64,000 nucleotides of DNA from Campylobacterota bacterium (GCA_034659595.1 JAYEHQ010000076.1:2165-66164); one strand, 5' to 3'. Counted from the first letter of the stretch, positions 1-10,011 are shown. Program-made: numbers and translations. Notes: a model not told the origin generated them from the letters alone.

Positions 1-2
1 TG

Positions 3-515
3 TTAGCTATAACTTTTCATATACCTGATTTTTTAGACAAAGACCAAGTAACGCTTAGTGCAATTTCTGAGATTTTATACTCTGGAAAAAGTTCAAGATT
101 ATATAAAGAGCTTGTAGATAAAAAACGCCTAGTAAATCAAGTATATGCTTATAATATGGAAAATATTGACCCAGGGCTTTTTATATTTTTAGCATCTTGT
201 AATCCTAATGTAAAAGCTGAAGTCGTTGAAGTTGAACTTATTAAGCAGATAGAGTTACTTAAAAATGAAAAAGTAAGTAAAGCTGAACTTGAAAAAGTAA
301 AAATCAATACAAAAGCTGATTTTATTTATTCACTTGAGAGTTCAACTTCTGTTGCTAATCTTTATGGTAGCTACTTAGTAAGAGGTGATTTGACACCACT
401 TCTAACTTATGAAGATGATATAAATAAAATAACACCGAAAAAAGTTAAAGAGATTGCAAATAAATACTTTAACTTTAATAAATCAACAACGCTAATACTT
501 AAAAAAGGGGAATAA
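3..515 (+). CDS. M16 family (pitrilysin-like) zinc peptidase, C-terminal part, truncated by window start
   Basis: Frame is open from position 3 (LAITFHIPDF...ILYSGKSSRLYKELV...GLF...ELEKVK), which is typical of the M16 C-terminal domain. Confidence 0.8.
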   Translation, partial: LAITFHIPDFLDKDQVTLSAISEILYSGKSSRLYKELVDKKRLVNQVYAYNMENIDPGLFIFLASCNPNVKAEVVEVELIKQIELLKNEKVSKAELEKVKINTKADFIYSLESSTSVANLYGSYLVRGDLTPLLTYEDDINKITPKKVKEIANKYFNFNKSTTLILKKGE

Positions 516-516
516 A

Positions 517-723
517 ATGGACGCAAAAAAACATGATGAAATAATGTCATTTATAATGAATAAACTAGAAGAGGAAAAATTAAATCTTAGTGATGGTATA
601 TCTATATGGCATTCGATGGGTTTATTCATTTTTTCACAAATGGATTCTGAAAATAAAGATGTTTCAAAAATATATGCAGATATAAGAGAATATTTAGATC
701 AGATAGAAAATAAGAAGGGATAA
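517..723 (+). CDS. Small hypothetical protein, 68 aa
   Basis: GGGGA SD-like sequence upstream; fills the gap between the peptidase and ychF with 1-nt and 3-nt spacings. Confidence 0.65.
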   Translation: MDAKKHDEIMSFIMNKLEEEKLNLSDGISIWHSMGLFIFSQMDSENKDVSKIYADIREYLDQIENKKG

Positions 724-726
724 TAT

Positions 727-1827
727 ATGGGATTAAGTATAGGTTTAGTGGGACTTCCAAATGTAGGTAAATCAACAACTTTTAACGCTTTAACAAAAGC
801 ACAAAATGCAGAGGCAGCGAATTATCCGTTTTGTACAATAGAACCAAATAAGGCGGTAGTACCTGTTCCAGATAAAAGATTACTAGAACTTGCAAAAATA
901 GTGAATCCTCAAAAGATTCAGTATTCTACTTTAGATTTTGTTGATATTGCAGGTCTTGTAAAAGGTGCTTCAAAAGGTGAGGGCTTAGGAAATAAGTTTT
1001 TATCTAACATTCGTGAAACAGAAGTTATACTTCAAATTGTGAGATGTTTTGATGATGAAAATATTGTTCATAATGAAGGAGATATTGACCCATTAAGAGA
1101 TGTAGATATTATTGAAAGTGAACTTATCTTAGCTGATATGGAAGTTTTATCTAACAGAATGGATAGACTTAAAAAACAAGCTAAAGCTGATAAAAGTGCT
1201 AAAGCTTCGTTAGAAATGGCAGAAGAGTTAATGGAGTTTTTAGAAAATGGAAATTTAGCTAGAAACTTTGAAAAAACTGATACTGATGAATATATACAAC
1301 TAAATAATGAAGTAAGATTTTTAACTGATAAAGAGATTATGTATGGTGCAAATACTGATGAAGATGGTCTTTTAGAAGATAATGATTATGTAAAAGCATT
1401 AGCAAATCATGCAAAAGAAAATAACTGTGAACTTATAAAACTTTGTGCAAAAGTTGAAGAGGAGTTAATCGGTCTTGAAGAGGATGAAGCTAAGGAGTTT
1501 TTAGATGAACTAGGTGTTGAAGAGTCAGGACTTGACCAAATCATTCATGAAGGTTTTGATAAACTTGGGCTTATGAGCTACTTTACTGCTGGTGTTCAAG
1601 AGGTTCGAGCATGGACAATCCGTAAAGAAACGACTGCACCTAAAGCTGCTGCCGTTATACATAATGACTTTGAAAAAGGTTTTATCCGTGCAGAAGTTAT
1701 TGCTTATAATGATTTTGTAGAATTTGGTGGTGATGCTAAGTGTAAAGAAGCTGGTAAAATGAGACTTGAGGGTAAAGAGTATATAGTGCAAGATGGTGAT
1801 GTGATGCACTTTAGATTTAATGTATAG
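727..1827 (+). CDS. ychF: Redox-regulated ATPase YchF
   Basis: [25 protein letters not shown], and TGS-domain end [18 protein letters not shown]. Confidence 0.97.
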   Translation: MGLSIGLVGLPNVGKSTTFNALTKAQNAEAANYPFCTIEPNKAVVPVPDKRLLELAKIVNPQKIQYSTLDFVDIAGLVKGASKGEGLGNKFLSNIRETEVILQIVRCFDDENIVHNEGDIDPLRDVDIIESELILADMEVLSNRMDRLKKQAKADKSAKASLEMAEELMEFLENGNLARNFEKTDTDEYIQLNNEVRFLTDKEIMYGANTDEDGLLEDNDYVKALANHAKENNCELIKLCAKVEEELIGLEEDEAKEFLDELGVEESGLDQIIHEGFDKLGLMSYFTAGVQEVRAWTIRKETTAPKAAAVIHNDFEKGFIRAEVIAYNDFVEFGGDAKCKEAGKMRLEGKEYIVQDGDVMHFRFNV

Positions 1828-1841
1828 ATAAAGGGTATATA

Positions 1842-2447
1842 ATGCAATTAAAATATGTTGGTCCAAAACCAATCATCTCTCATAAAGGGATAGATTTTGA
1901 TAAGAATAAAGAAGATAAGTTCGTTTATATAAACATAGCTGTTCAACTTATAAAAGCTCTTGATCATGATTATTTTGAAGATAAAGCATATACTTATAAT
2001 ACTGATTCAGCTGAATTAAATGAAGAGGAAATTTTTCATCATTTAAAAAGATATTGTCCAGATATAGAATCTATAATGGATAAAAAGAATCATGATATAG
2101 AAGAAGAAACCAATGAGTATCTAAAACGAGCGGATGCTAATAAAGTTTTAAATGATGAAAATAGGCAAACATTAAAAAGTAATATTGAGATAATGCACGA
2201 TTATATTGTGCAAAGATCAATTAATAAAAGTGTTTATTATGCATCAATAGAAGCATTGGCAAACTTAGTAAAAGAGGATCATTTAGATTATATAATAACA
2301 CCAATGTATAATAAATTTGCTCATGTACTCCACTCTGTTCAAGGTGTTTTAGCTAAGCAAAAAACACCTATTGATACGGATATGGAGGTATATAAAGAGG
2401 ATGGTCAACTTTTAGTAAAACTAAATGTTACAAGCAACTTGCAATAG
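1842..2447 (+). CDS. Hypothetical protein
   Basis: 201-aa ORF with AAGGG SD; no motif recognised; overlaps the convergent psd 3' end by 20 nt. Confidence 0.75.
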   Translation: MQLKYVGPKPIISHKGIDFDKNKEDKFVYINIAVQLIKALDHDYFEDKAYTYNTDSAELNEEEIFHHLKRYCPDIESIMDKKNHDIEEETNEYLKRADANKVLNDENRQTLKSNIEIMHDYIVQRSINKSVYYASIEALANLVKEDHLDYIITPMYNKFAHVLHSVQGVLAKQKTPIDTDMEVYKEDGQLLVKLNVTSNLQ

Positions 2448-3249
2448 TTTGACCAAATTTAACATTGTCATTTTGTTTAATATTTAATTCTAGCATATCT
2501 TTTTGTGCTAGAATTACAATAGTTGAACCCATTTCAAAACACCCAAAATCATCACCTTTTTTAAGTTCCATATTTTTAAATTCATAAACCTGTTCTCTGT
2601 TAGCTTCAGCATTAGTTTGAATTTTTGGTTCAAAATCAACTTTCATTACACCTACATTTAAAGCACTTACTAAAACCATATAGAATTTTTTATTTTCTTT
2701 TGTTTCACAAAGTAAAACTACTCTTTCATTTTCTTCAAAAAGATTAACTCTCATTTTTAATGATTTTATATTTACAGGGTAAAATTTACCAGGGATATGT
2801 ACAGCTTTTAAAACCTTTAAATCACAAGGAATATGATAACGATGGTAGTCTTTTGGTGATAGGTAAAAGTTTATAAATTGTCCATTTTTTATAATATCTT
2901 TTTCATCTTGTGTAAAGTTATTACCTAAAACAGCTTGAGCTTCATATCTCATGCCTTTGATTTGTAGTGCATCTGTATCGTTAATGTTACCTAATTCTGA
3001 AATCCAAGAATCACAAGGTGATATGAAATCTTTTGAATTATCAGAAAATTTTCTATCTAGTCTTAATTTTCTAGTAAAAAGTTTATTTAATGATTTATAT
3101 TGATTTTGATGATAAAATTCACTTAAATCTAATCCCATTAATCTAACATAAGTTGTATTTACAATTCTTTGAAACCATCTTGGAAATTCCTTTGAGGCAA
3201 ATTTTCCAAAAGATTGTGATATTAGCGATGATATATGTTTTTTAGGCAT
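2428..3249 (-). CDS. psd: Phosphatidylserine decarboxylase
   Basis: FTR, SPCD, YLSPKDYHRYH and self-cleavage motif FEMGST; start moved to MPKKHIS. Confidence 0.93.
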   Translation of the reverse strand: MPKKHISSLISQSFGKFASKEFPRWFQRIVNTTYVRLMGLDLSEFYHQNQYKSLNKLFTRKLRLDRKFSDNSKDFISPCDSWISELGNINDTDALQIKGMRYEAQAVLGNNFTQDEKDIIKNGQFINFYLSPKDYHRYHIPCDLKVLKAVHIPGKFYPVNIKSLKMRVNLFEENERVVLLCETKENKKFYMVLVSALNVGVMKVDFEPKIQTNAEANREQVYEFKNMELKKGDDFGCFEMGSTIVILAQKDMLELNIKQNDNVKFGQTIASCL

Positions 3250-3321
3250 GATTCTTATTCCTATTTGTTTAAATTTAATGTAATTATAACTTTTATTTTG
3301 CCAACAAATCAACAATGAATC

Positions 3322-3696
3322 TTAGAATAGTGATAAGATTAATTCTTTTGTAATTGTGTCAATTTTTTGTGGCTTACCCTCAAAGTTGATATATGCTAAA
3401 GTTATTTTTAACTCAAAAATCTTTTTTTTATTTAAAAATATAGTTTGTAAAAGTTTAAAAGATGCTAGTTTCATCTCTATAAGTTCTACATTGACATCTA
3501 ATTCATCTCCAAGTTTAGCACTAGAAAAATAATCAGCTTCAATTTTTCTAGCTACAAAATGACCTTTTTCTAAAATAGGTGTTAAACCTTTTTGGAAAAA
3601 AGCTTCACTTCTTGCTCTTTCACAATAATTCAAATAATTTGAATGATAAACTACACCACCTACATCTGTATCTTCATAATAAACTTTAATTGTCAT
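3322..3696 (-). CDS. ybgC: YbgC/FadM family acyl-CoA thioesterase
   Basis: YYEDTDVGGVVYHSNYLNYCERAR motif. Confidence 0.9.
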   Translation of the reverse strand: MTIKVYYEDTDVGGVVYHSNYLNYCERARSEAFFQKGLTPILEKGHFVARKIEADYFSSAKLGDELDVNVELIEMKLASFKLLQTIFLNKKKIFELKITLAYINFEGKPQKIDTITKELILSLF

Positions 3697-3724
3697 CTTT
3701 TCCTCTTTTTTAACTGGTTTTACG

Positions 3725-3805
3725 CACTAAAACGAACGAGTCCGTTTTAGTGGCAGGGACAAATGTCCCTACAACCCTCTGAAGCTACGAAAAACTATGT
3801 TTTTC
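3725..3805 (-). repeat. Intergenic multi-hairpin repeat element, copy A
   Basis: On the + strand: CACTAAAACG/CGTTTTAGTG stem, GC, AGGGAC/GTCCCT stem, ACAACCCTCTGAAG, then CTAC and a GAAAAAC/GTTTTTC stem. Same architecture as 54282-54342. Confidence 0.8.
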
Positions 3806-3827
3806 AAGAATTACAAAGTATTTTATC

Positions 3828-4655
3828 TTAAAAATGATGAGATTTGCATCGATTTGTATATTTACTTCTTGAAGATGTAGCAAAAATATTTAATGGAGTA
3901 CGGCTTTGTTTAGCTCTTCTTATCATGGTCTTTTTATATCTTTTATCAAATGCGATTAGCATCTCATACTCTTCACCACTACAAGCTATATTTTTAGCTA
4001 TCTTATGATGAAATTTAAACCCCAATTGATTAGTATCTGATAATTTGGATAAATCACTAAATAAACCATCAGATATATCCATACCAGAAGCTAAGAATCT
4101 TGAACAATTCTTTATAAATTTATCTCTCAATTTTATATTTACAAATTTAGAATTTTTATGAATTTTTCCTAAATTTAATAATCTTTTCAAATCTTTTTGA
4201 CTTTTCCCAAGTTCTCCAGTATAGGCAATATCATAATTATTTCTTATATTGTTTCTTGATAATATTTTATTTGTTTGTGAAATTATAGTAATCGTTATAT
4301 CAAGTTTAATGTTACTAATAGTATCACCACCAATAATTGTTATGCCATATATAGATGCAGTATCTTTAAAGCCTTGGATTAGTTCTTTCATTTGTTGTTT
4401 TGTAATATTTGATGGCATAGCCACACTCAATAGTGCATATTTTGGTTTAGCATTCATAGCAATAGCATCAGAAATATTTACAAGCATTGCTTTTTTTGCT
4501 ATCTGATAATAGCTCATCCATTTTGTTTTAAAATGCACATTTTCAAAAAAAGCATCTTTTGAATAGATATTATTTTTTATATCGGCTAGATAAGCACCAT
4601 CATCCCCAATATATTTATTTTTAAATTTTGATATAAAGTAACTTTCTAAATTCAT
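3828..4655 (-). CDS. thiL: Thiamine-monophosphate kinase
   Basis: IGDDGA, VNISDAIAMNA, IIGGDT, MDISDGL, GEEYEML; start moved to MNLESYF, which has a GAAGG SD. Confidence 0.92.
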   Translation of the reverse strand: MNLESYFISKFKNKYIGDDGAYLADIKNNIYSKDAFFENVHFKTKWMSYYQIAKKAMLVNISDAIAMNAKPKYALLSVAMPSNITKQQMKELIQGFKDTASIYGITIIGGDTISNIKLDITITIISQTNKILSRNNIRNNYDIAYTGELGKSQKDLKRLLNLGKIHKNSKFVNIKLRDKFIKNCSRFLASGMDISDGLFSDLSKLSDTNQLGFKFHHKIAKNIACSGEEYEMLIAFDKRYKKTMIRRAKQSRTPLNIFATSSRSKYTNRCKSHHF

Positions 4656-4680
4656 AGTACCTTCTTTTATATAATAATGT

Positions 4681-4689
4681 ATTATATCA
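4681..4689 (-). promoter_or_regulatory. Extended -10 promoter (TGaTATAAT) for thiL
   Basis: + strand ATTATATCA, about 25 nt upstream of the revised start. Confidence 0.5.
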
Positions 4690-4813
4690 TTATATTGATG
4701 TCTCAAATAGTAACAGTCGTTTAGTAATACAATATAAACTTGCATTTTAACCTCCATAAAGGCTTAGAAAGGTACAATTAGCATTATTTTAGTTCTTTTA
4801 TGAAGGAAAGTTA

Positions 4814-6526
4814 ATGAGTATTCCTATTTATACTTACGATGCAATTGTTGTTGGTGCTGGTCTAGCTGGCTGTGCTGCTGCAAGAGAATTGCAAAATGCA
4901 GGAAAAAAAGTTGCTGTTATTACAAAACTACACCCACTTAGAAGTCATTCTGGTGCGGCACAAGGTGGTGTTAATGCAGCATTTAGTGATGAAGATAGTG
5001 TAGAGCTTCATGAATTTGATACAGTTAAAGGTTCAGATTATTTAGCTGATCAAGATGCAGTTGAATTTATGTGTTCAAAAGCACCAGAGACTATTCGTTG
5101 GGCTGAGAGAATGGGTGCTGCTTTTAGTAGAACAGAAGATGGAAAAATCGCTCAAAGACCTTTTGGTGGACAGAGTTCTCCTCGTGCATGTTACGCAAAA
5201 GATAGAACAGGTTTGACTTTATTACAAACAATTTATGAACAAGCCCATCGTGCAGGTGTTAAGTTTTGGGATGAATGGTATGCAGCTGATTTAATCTACA
5301 AAGATGGAAAAGTTTCTGGTGTAGTTGCGTTTAATATTCGTGATATGCAAACAGTTATTTTTAATGCAAAATCAGTAATGTTTGCTACGGGTGGATATGC
5401 TCGTTCTTATAAGATTAACTCAAATGCTCATGCAAATACAGGTGATGGTTTAAGTATCGTTGCTCGTCATGGTCTTCCTTTAGAAGATATGGAATTTGTA
5501 CAATTTCACCCATCTGGATTATCTGGAAATGGTGTTTTGATCTCAGAAGCTGCTCGCGGTGAGGGTGGAAGACTTTTCAATTCTAAGGGTGAAAGATTTA
5601 TGGAGAAATACGCTCCAAATGCGATGGAACTTGCTTCTCGTGATGTTGTTTCTCGTGCTATTTTAAATGAAATTAGAGAGGGTCGTGGTGTTGGTCCAAG
5701 AAAAGATGCTGTATATATAGATGTAACACACTTAGGTAAGGAACTTATAATGAATAAGCTTCCAGAACTTCGGGAATTAGCTATTACATTCTTAGGTTTA
5801 GATATGGTTAAAGAACCTATCTTGATTTCTGCTACAGCTCACTACTCTATGGGTGGTATTCCAGTTAATATCGCTGGTAATGTTCGCAAGAATAACACTG
5901 AATTTGTAGAAGGTTTTTATGCAGCTGGTGAGTGTTCATGTGTATCTGTTCATGGTGCAAATCGTCTTGGTGCAAATTCAGTTCTTGAAGCTTTGCTTTT
6001 TGGTCGTTTTGTTGGTAAAACAATGGTTGAGGAGATAGATAGTATTGAGTTACGCCCTGCAATTCAATCTGATGCAGATACTGCTCTTACTGAGATTGAT
6101 TTTATGCTAAATAATAATGGTGATGAAACAGTTCCTGCTTTAAGAGAAGAATTACAGCAATGTATGACTGCAAATGCAGGTGCATTTAGAACACAAGAAA
6201 CTCTTGAAACTGCTATTGAAAAAGTAAAAGAACTTCGAACTAGATTTAAAAATATTCGTATAAAAGATAAATCAAAAGTATTTAATACAGAGATGCAAGA
6301 AGCGATAGAAATGGGTCATATGCTTGATTATTCTTCGTTTATTGTTGAAAGTGCATTACCTAGAAAAGAGAGCCGTGGAGCTCACTATAGAGAAGATTTT
6401 GAAACTCGTGATGATGAAAATTTCTTAAAACATACTATGGCTTATATGGATGGAAATGGCAATATTGATTTAGATTATAGGGATGTTGTTCTTGGTAAAC
6501 ATGAACTTAAAGCTAGAAATTACTAA
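4814..6526 (+). CDS. sdhA: Succinate dehydrogenase/fumarate reductase flavoprotein
   Basis: GAGLAG, covalent-FAD motif RSHSGAAQGG, QFHP, EAARGEGG, HYSMGG, RLGANS; no Tat signal. Confidence 0.95.
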   Translation: MSIPIYTYDAIVVGAGLAGCAAARELQNAGKKVAVITKLHPLRSHSGAAQGGVNAAFSDEDSVELHEFDTVKGSDYLADQDAVEFMCSKAPETIRWAERMGAAFSRTEDGKIAQRPFGGQSSPRACYAKDRTGLTLLQTIYEQAHRAGVKFWDEWYAADLIYKDGKVSGVVAFNIRDMQTVIFNAKSVMFATGGYARSYKINSNAHANTGDGLSIVARHGLPLEDMEFVQFHPSGLSGNGVLISEAARGEGGRLFNSKGERFMEKYAPNAMELASRDVVSRAILNEIREGRGVGPRKDAVYIDVTHLGKELIMNKLPELRELAITFLGLDMVKEPILISATAHYSMGGIPVNIAGNVRKNNTEFVEGFYAAGECSCVSVHGANRLGANSVLEALLFGRFVGKTMVEEIDSIELRPAIQSDADTALTEIDFMLNNNGDETVPALREELQQCMTANAGAFRTQETLETAIEKVKELRTRFKNIRIKDKSKVFNTEMQEAIEMGHMLDYSSFIVESALPRKESRGAHYREDFETRDDENFLKHTMAYMDGNGNIDLDYRDVVLGKHELKARNY

Positions 6527-6538
6527 AAAAGGGAACTT

Positions 6539-7516
6539 ATGAGTCATACAATTACTACACAAAATGTAAACTTCAAAGTATTTCGTTTTAATGCTGATGA
6601 AGATTATCTTCCATATTATGATGACTATGAAATGGAAGTGACTTCAGAAGAGGTTGTTTTAGATATATTAGATAGAATTAAATGGGATCATGACGGTAGC
6701 TTTTCATATCGTCGTAGCTGTCGCCATGGTATATGTGGTGCATGTGCTATAAAAGTAAATGGTCGTTCAACTCTTGCTTGTAAAGAGAGTATGGATGATA
6801 TGGTTGAACTTTTTGGAAATGAATTAACAATAGAGCCACTTAGTAATAAGAGAGCTGTAAAAGATTTGATTATTGATAAAGGTGATTTTTGGGAGAAGCA
6901 TGATTCTATACACCCATACCTTATATCTGATATTGAAGAACACCCAGAACATGAGCATATCGTAACACCTGAAGAAGCTGAAGAATTAAATGAAGCGGAT
7001 TTATGTATTCAATGTGGTGCTTGTTATTATGCTTGTCCTGTAGTAGAAGTTAATGAAGAATTTTTTGGTCCAGCAGCATTTGCAAAAGCTTACCGTTTTG
7101 AAGCTGATGTTAGAGATGATGCACATATTAGCAGACTTAATGAACTTCATCAACCAAATCAAGGTCTTTGGGACTGTGCAAAATGTTATGAATGTCAAGA
7201 AGTTTGTCCTAAAGAGGTAAATCCTATAGACAAAATAACTAAACTTCACCAAATGTTATTTCAAGAGGGTGTTACAACTTCAAATGTAGCAACTCGTCAT
7301 GCTGTTGGTTTCTTACACTCTATAAAGAAAAGAGGTGTATTAGATGAAGGGCAGTTAGTTCTTTATTCTGAAGGTCCTGCAATTGTTAAGCATATACCTG
7401 TAGCATTTAAAATGTTCAAAAAAGGTAAAATTGCTATGCCGTGGGCTATACCGACATCAGATAATCTTGATGAGATTCAAAAACTTATAAAATCATCACA
7501 AACTGCAAAGTTTTAG
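6539..7516 (+). CDS. sdhB: Succinate dehydrogenase/fumarate reductase Fe-S subunit, type E-like
   Basis: SCRHGICGAC [2Fe-2S] motif; CIQCGACYYACP and CAKCYECQEVCP; C-terminal extension. Confidence 0.93.
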   Translation: MSHTITTQNVNFKVFRFNADEDYLPYYDDYEMEVTSEEVVLDILDRIKWDHDGSFSYRRSCRHGICGACAIKVNGRSTLACKESMDDMVELFGNELTIEPLSNKRAVKDLIIDKGDFWEKHDSIHPYLISDIEEHPEHEHIVTPEEAEELNEADLCIQCGACYYACPVVEVNEEFFGPAAFAKAYRFEADVRDDAHISRLNELHQPNQGLWDCAKCYECQEVCPKEVNPIDKITKLHQMLFQEGVTTSNVATRHAVGFLHSIKKRGVLDEGQLVLYSEGPAIVKHIPVAFKMFKKGKIAMPWAIPTSDNLDEIQKLIKSSQTAKF

Positions 7517-7525
7517 GAGAGAATA

Positions 7526-8398
7526 ATGAAATATGCACTTTTTACAGGATGTACGGCTAAACAGAGTACACCTGAGCAATATATGTCAACTATGGCAGTT
7601 GCAGATAAGCTTGGAATTGAGCTAGTTGAATTAACAGAAGCTTCTTGTTGTGGAGCTTCTCATCTTCAAGATTTTGATGATTTTTTATCTTTAGTTTTAA
7701 ATGCTAGAAATATTGCTTATGCTGAAAAACATGGTCTTAAAATGGTTACAATTTGTAATACTTGTAACTTAAATACAGCTATGACTAAGCATCGTTTAGA
7801 TGAAGATTCAGATTTAAAAGCAAAAGTAAATGAAAAGCTTAAAGAGGTTGGTTTAGAGTATAAAGGTACATCTGAAATAACTCACTTTTTATATGCTATT
7901 ATTGATGATTTTGGTCTTGATAAATTAAAAGAGCTGGTTGTTAAACCACTTAGTGAATTTAATATTGCTCCATATTATGGATGTCATAATATTCGTCCAA
8001 GTGAACTTCAAGATAAGACTCATAAATCTAAAGAAAGTGCTTATATGCCAACTTCTCTTGATGATTTAATCATAGCTTGTGGTGGTCAAAATGTTGATTA
8101 TGACGAGAAAAATAAATGTTGTGGTTTTCATGTTGAACTTCAAGCACCTCGTACTGCGGCTATCCTTACAGGAAAAGCTATAGCTGGTGCAATGGATGGT
8201 AATGCTGATATGATGGTAACTCCATGTCCATTATGTCATTTAAAATTGGATACTCAAACTCACCATGCTTCTGAAGCAATTGGTCGTGAAGTTGAACTTC
8301 CTGTTCTTCATATGCAACAAATGGTTGGTTTAGCTCTTGGTTGTACACAAGAAGAATTAGGCTTAAAACATCACTTAGCTGAAGTTGATTTCGTATAA
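7526..8398 (+). CDS. sdhE: CCG-domain (HdrB-like) membrane anchor subunit SdhE
   Basis: FTGC...SCCGA...CNTC and YYGC...KCCGFH...TPCPLC, i.e. two CCG domains. Confidence 0.88.
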   Translation: MKYALFTGCTAKQSTPEQYMSTMAVADKLGIELVELTEASCCGASHLQDFDDFLSLVLNARNIAYAEKHGLKMVTICNTCNLNTAMTKHRLDEDSDLKAKVNEKLKEVGLEYKGTSEITHFLYAIIDDFGLDKLKELVVKPLSEFNIAPYYGCHNIRPSELQDKTHKSKESAYMPTSLDDLIIACGGQNVDYDEKNKCCGFHVELQAPRTAAILTGKAIAGAMDGNADMMVTPCPLCHLKLDTQTHHASEAIGREVELPVLHMQQMVGLALGCTQEELGLKHHLAEVDFV

Positions 8399-8410
8399 AT
8401 TACAACTTCT

Positions 8411-8445
8411 TTAATTAGTTTCCTTGTGAAATGGAAGCTAATTAA
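8411..8445 (+). terminator. Stem-loop after the sdh operon
   Basis: TTAATTAGTTTCC...GGAAGCTAATTAA inverted repeat followed by T-rich sequence. Confidence 0.5.
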
Positions 8446-8517
8446 TCTATCTTTTCTTTATATAACATCTAAAACACTACAAATATTAATTTTCTTATAA
8501 TTTAAAGAGGATATATC

Positions 8518-9069
8518 ATGAAAGAAATACTTTTATCATTAGCACGCGCATCAATAGCAGATGTAGTTGGAGTAGGGTATGAATTAGATTTAGACACACT
8601 TTTAGAAACAAATTTATGGTTACAAGAAGAAGGTGCTTCATTTGTTACTATAACTATAGATAATGGGCAATTGCGTGGTTGTATAGGTTCTATTGTTGCA
8701 CATAGAAAACTTTATGAAGATATTATTTATAATGCAAAAAGTGCTGCGATTAATGATCCTAGATTTAATAAGCTTACTAAAGATGAATTTAACCGTATTA
8801 GAATAGAAGTTTCTTTATTAAGTGAACCAAAAATTTTAAAATACAGTTCTATAGAAGATCTAAAAGCAAAAATTCAGATAGGTATTGATGGAGTTATTTT
8901 AAAAAATGGAGCCAATCAAGCTACTTTTCTTCCACAAGTTTGGGAAGAATTATCTACTTTTGAACTTTTTTTCTCACATCTATGTCAAAAGGCTGGATTA
9001 GATAATAAATGTCTTAGTTTAACACCTGAAATATATATCTATCAAGTTGAAAAATATAAAGAGATTTAG
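8518..9069 (+). CDS. AMMECR1 domain protein (AmmeMemoRadiSam protein A)
   Basis: FVT, LRGCIG, DPRF, EVSLL, ATFLPQVW, LCQKAG. Confidence 0.9.
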   Translation: MKEILLSLARASIADVVGVGYELDLDTLLETNLWLQEEGASFVTITIDNGQLRGCIGSIVAHRKLYEDIIYNAKSAAINDPRFNKLTKDEFNRIRIEVSLLSEPKILKYSSIEDLKAKIQIGIDGVILKNGANQATFLPQVWEELSTFELFFSHLCQKAGLDNKCLSLTPEIYIYQVEKYKEI

Positions 9070-9071
9070 CA

Positions 9072-9923
9072 ATGCAAAAAAAAATAAAAAATATAGGTGT
9101 TGTTTTAAGACCATCTACACCAGAGTTAAAAAGTGATTTTTATAAACTAAAAGAGATTTTTGAGAACTATAATATTGAAGTTTATATAGATAGTATTAGT
9201 GGCGGTATGATTGATGTGATGGGTATGAGTTTTGTATCTTTATGTAAAAAATGTGATATTTTAGTAACACTTGGTGGTGACGGTACACTTATATCTACAG
9301 TTAGAAGATCATTTGATTATGATATACCAGTGCTTGGTGTTCATGCAGGTAATCTTGGTTTTTTAGCAGATTTAAGTTTAGATGAACTTGATGGTTTTGT
9401 TGAAAATATAACAAAAGAAGATTATAGAATAGAAGAGAGAGCAATTCTTGAAGCAACTATAGAAAATGATGATGAAAATTTAATCATTTATGCTTTTAAT
9501 GATATTGTTTTAACTCGTCCATCCATTTCAAATATGATACATGTTGAGACTCTAGTAAATTCACAATCATTTAATACATACTATGGTGATGGAGTTATTG
9601 TATCTACTCCTACTGGTTCAACAGCTTATAATCTTTCAGCAGGTGGACCAGTTTTATTTCCTTTGACAGATGTTTTTGCACTTACACCAATATCTCCACA
9701 TTCATTAACACAAAGACCTGTTGTTTTACCAGGTGCATTTCCAATAGAGATGAAGACATCAGAAGAAAAAGCATTAATAATAATAGATGGGCAAGATATG
9801 CATGAATTACAAAAAGGTAAAAGTATTCATATCAAGTTATCTTCTAAAAAAGTTAAACTTATACATCAAAATGAGTTTAATTATTTTGATACACTTAAAG
9901 AGAAATTGGGTTGGGGTGAATAA
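9072..9923 (+). CDS. nadK: NAD kinase
   Basis: GGDGT, GNLGFL, ND, DGVIVSTPTGSTAYNLSAGGP. Confidence 0.96.
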   Translation: MQKKIKNIGVVLRPSTPELKSDFYKLKEIFENYNIEVYIDSISGGMIDVMGMSFVSLCKKCDILVTLGGDGTLISTVRRSFDYDIPVLGVHAGNLGFLADLSLDELDGFVENITKEDYRIEERAILEATIENDDENLIIYAFNDIVLTRPSISNMIHVETLVNSQSFNTYYGDGVIVSTPTGSTAYNLSAGGPVLFPLTDVFALTPISPHSLTQRPVVLPGAFPIEMKTSEEKALIIIDGQDMHELQKGKSIHIKLSSKKVKLIHQNEFNYFDTLKEKLGWGE

Positions 9924-10011
9924 CTTTTTAAAAATATGACAAATTGCAATAAAATCTATAATATACTCTAAAAAAGTATAATATAAAATATATTATAGAA
10001 TTAAAGAGGTT

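Noticed and set aside
3725-3805. Hairpin elements as CRISPR repeats, tRNA or a known riboswitch such as TPP near thiL
   Set aside because: No repeat-spacer periodicity or cloverleaf; it lies downstream of thiL and lacks a recognisable TPP core.
4656-4757. Long N-terminal extensions given by the track for thiL (also psd, the GNAT, the Dsb protein and flaG)
   Set aside because: Family similarity and, in most cases, the SD position favour later starts.
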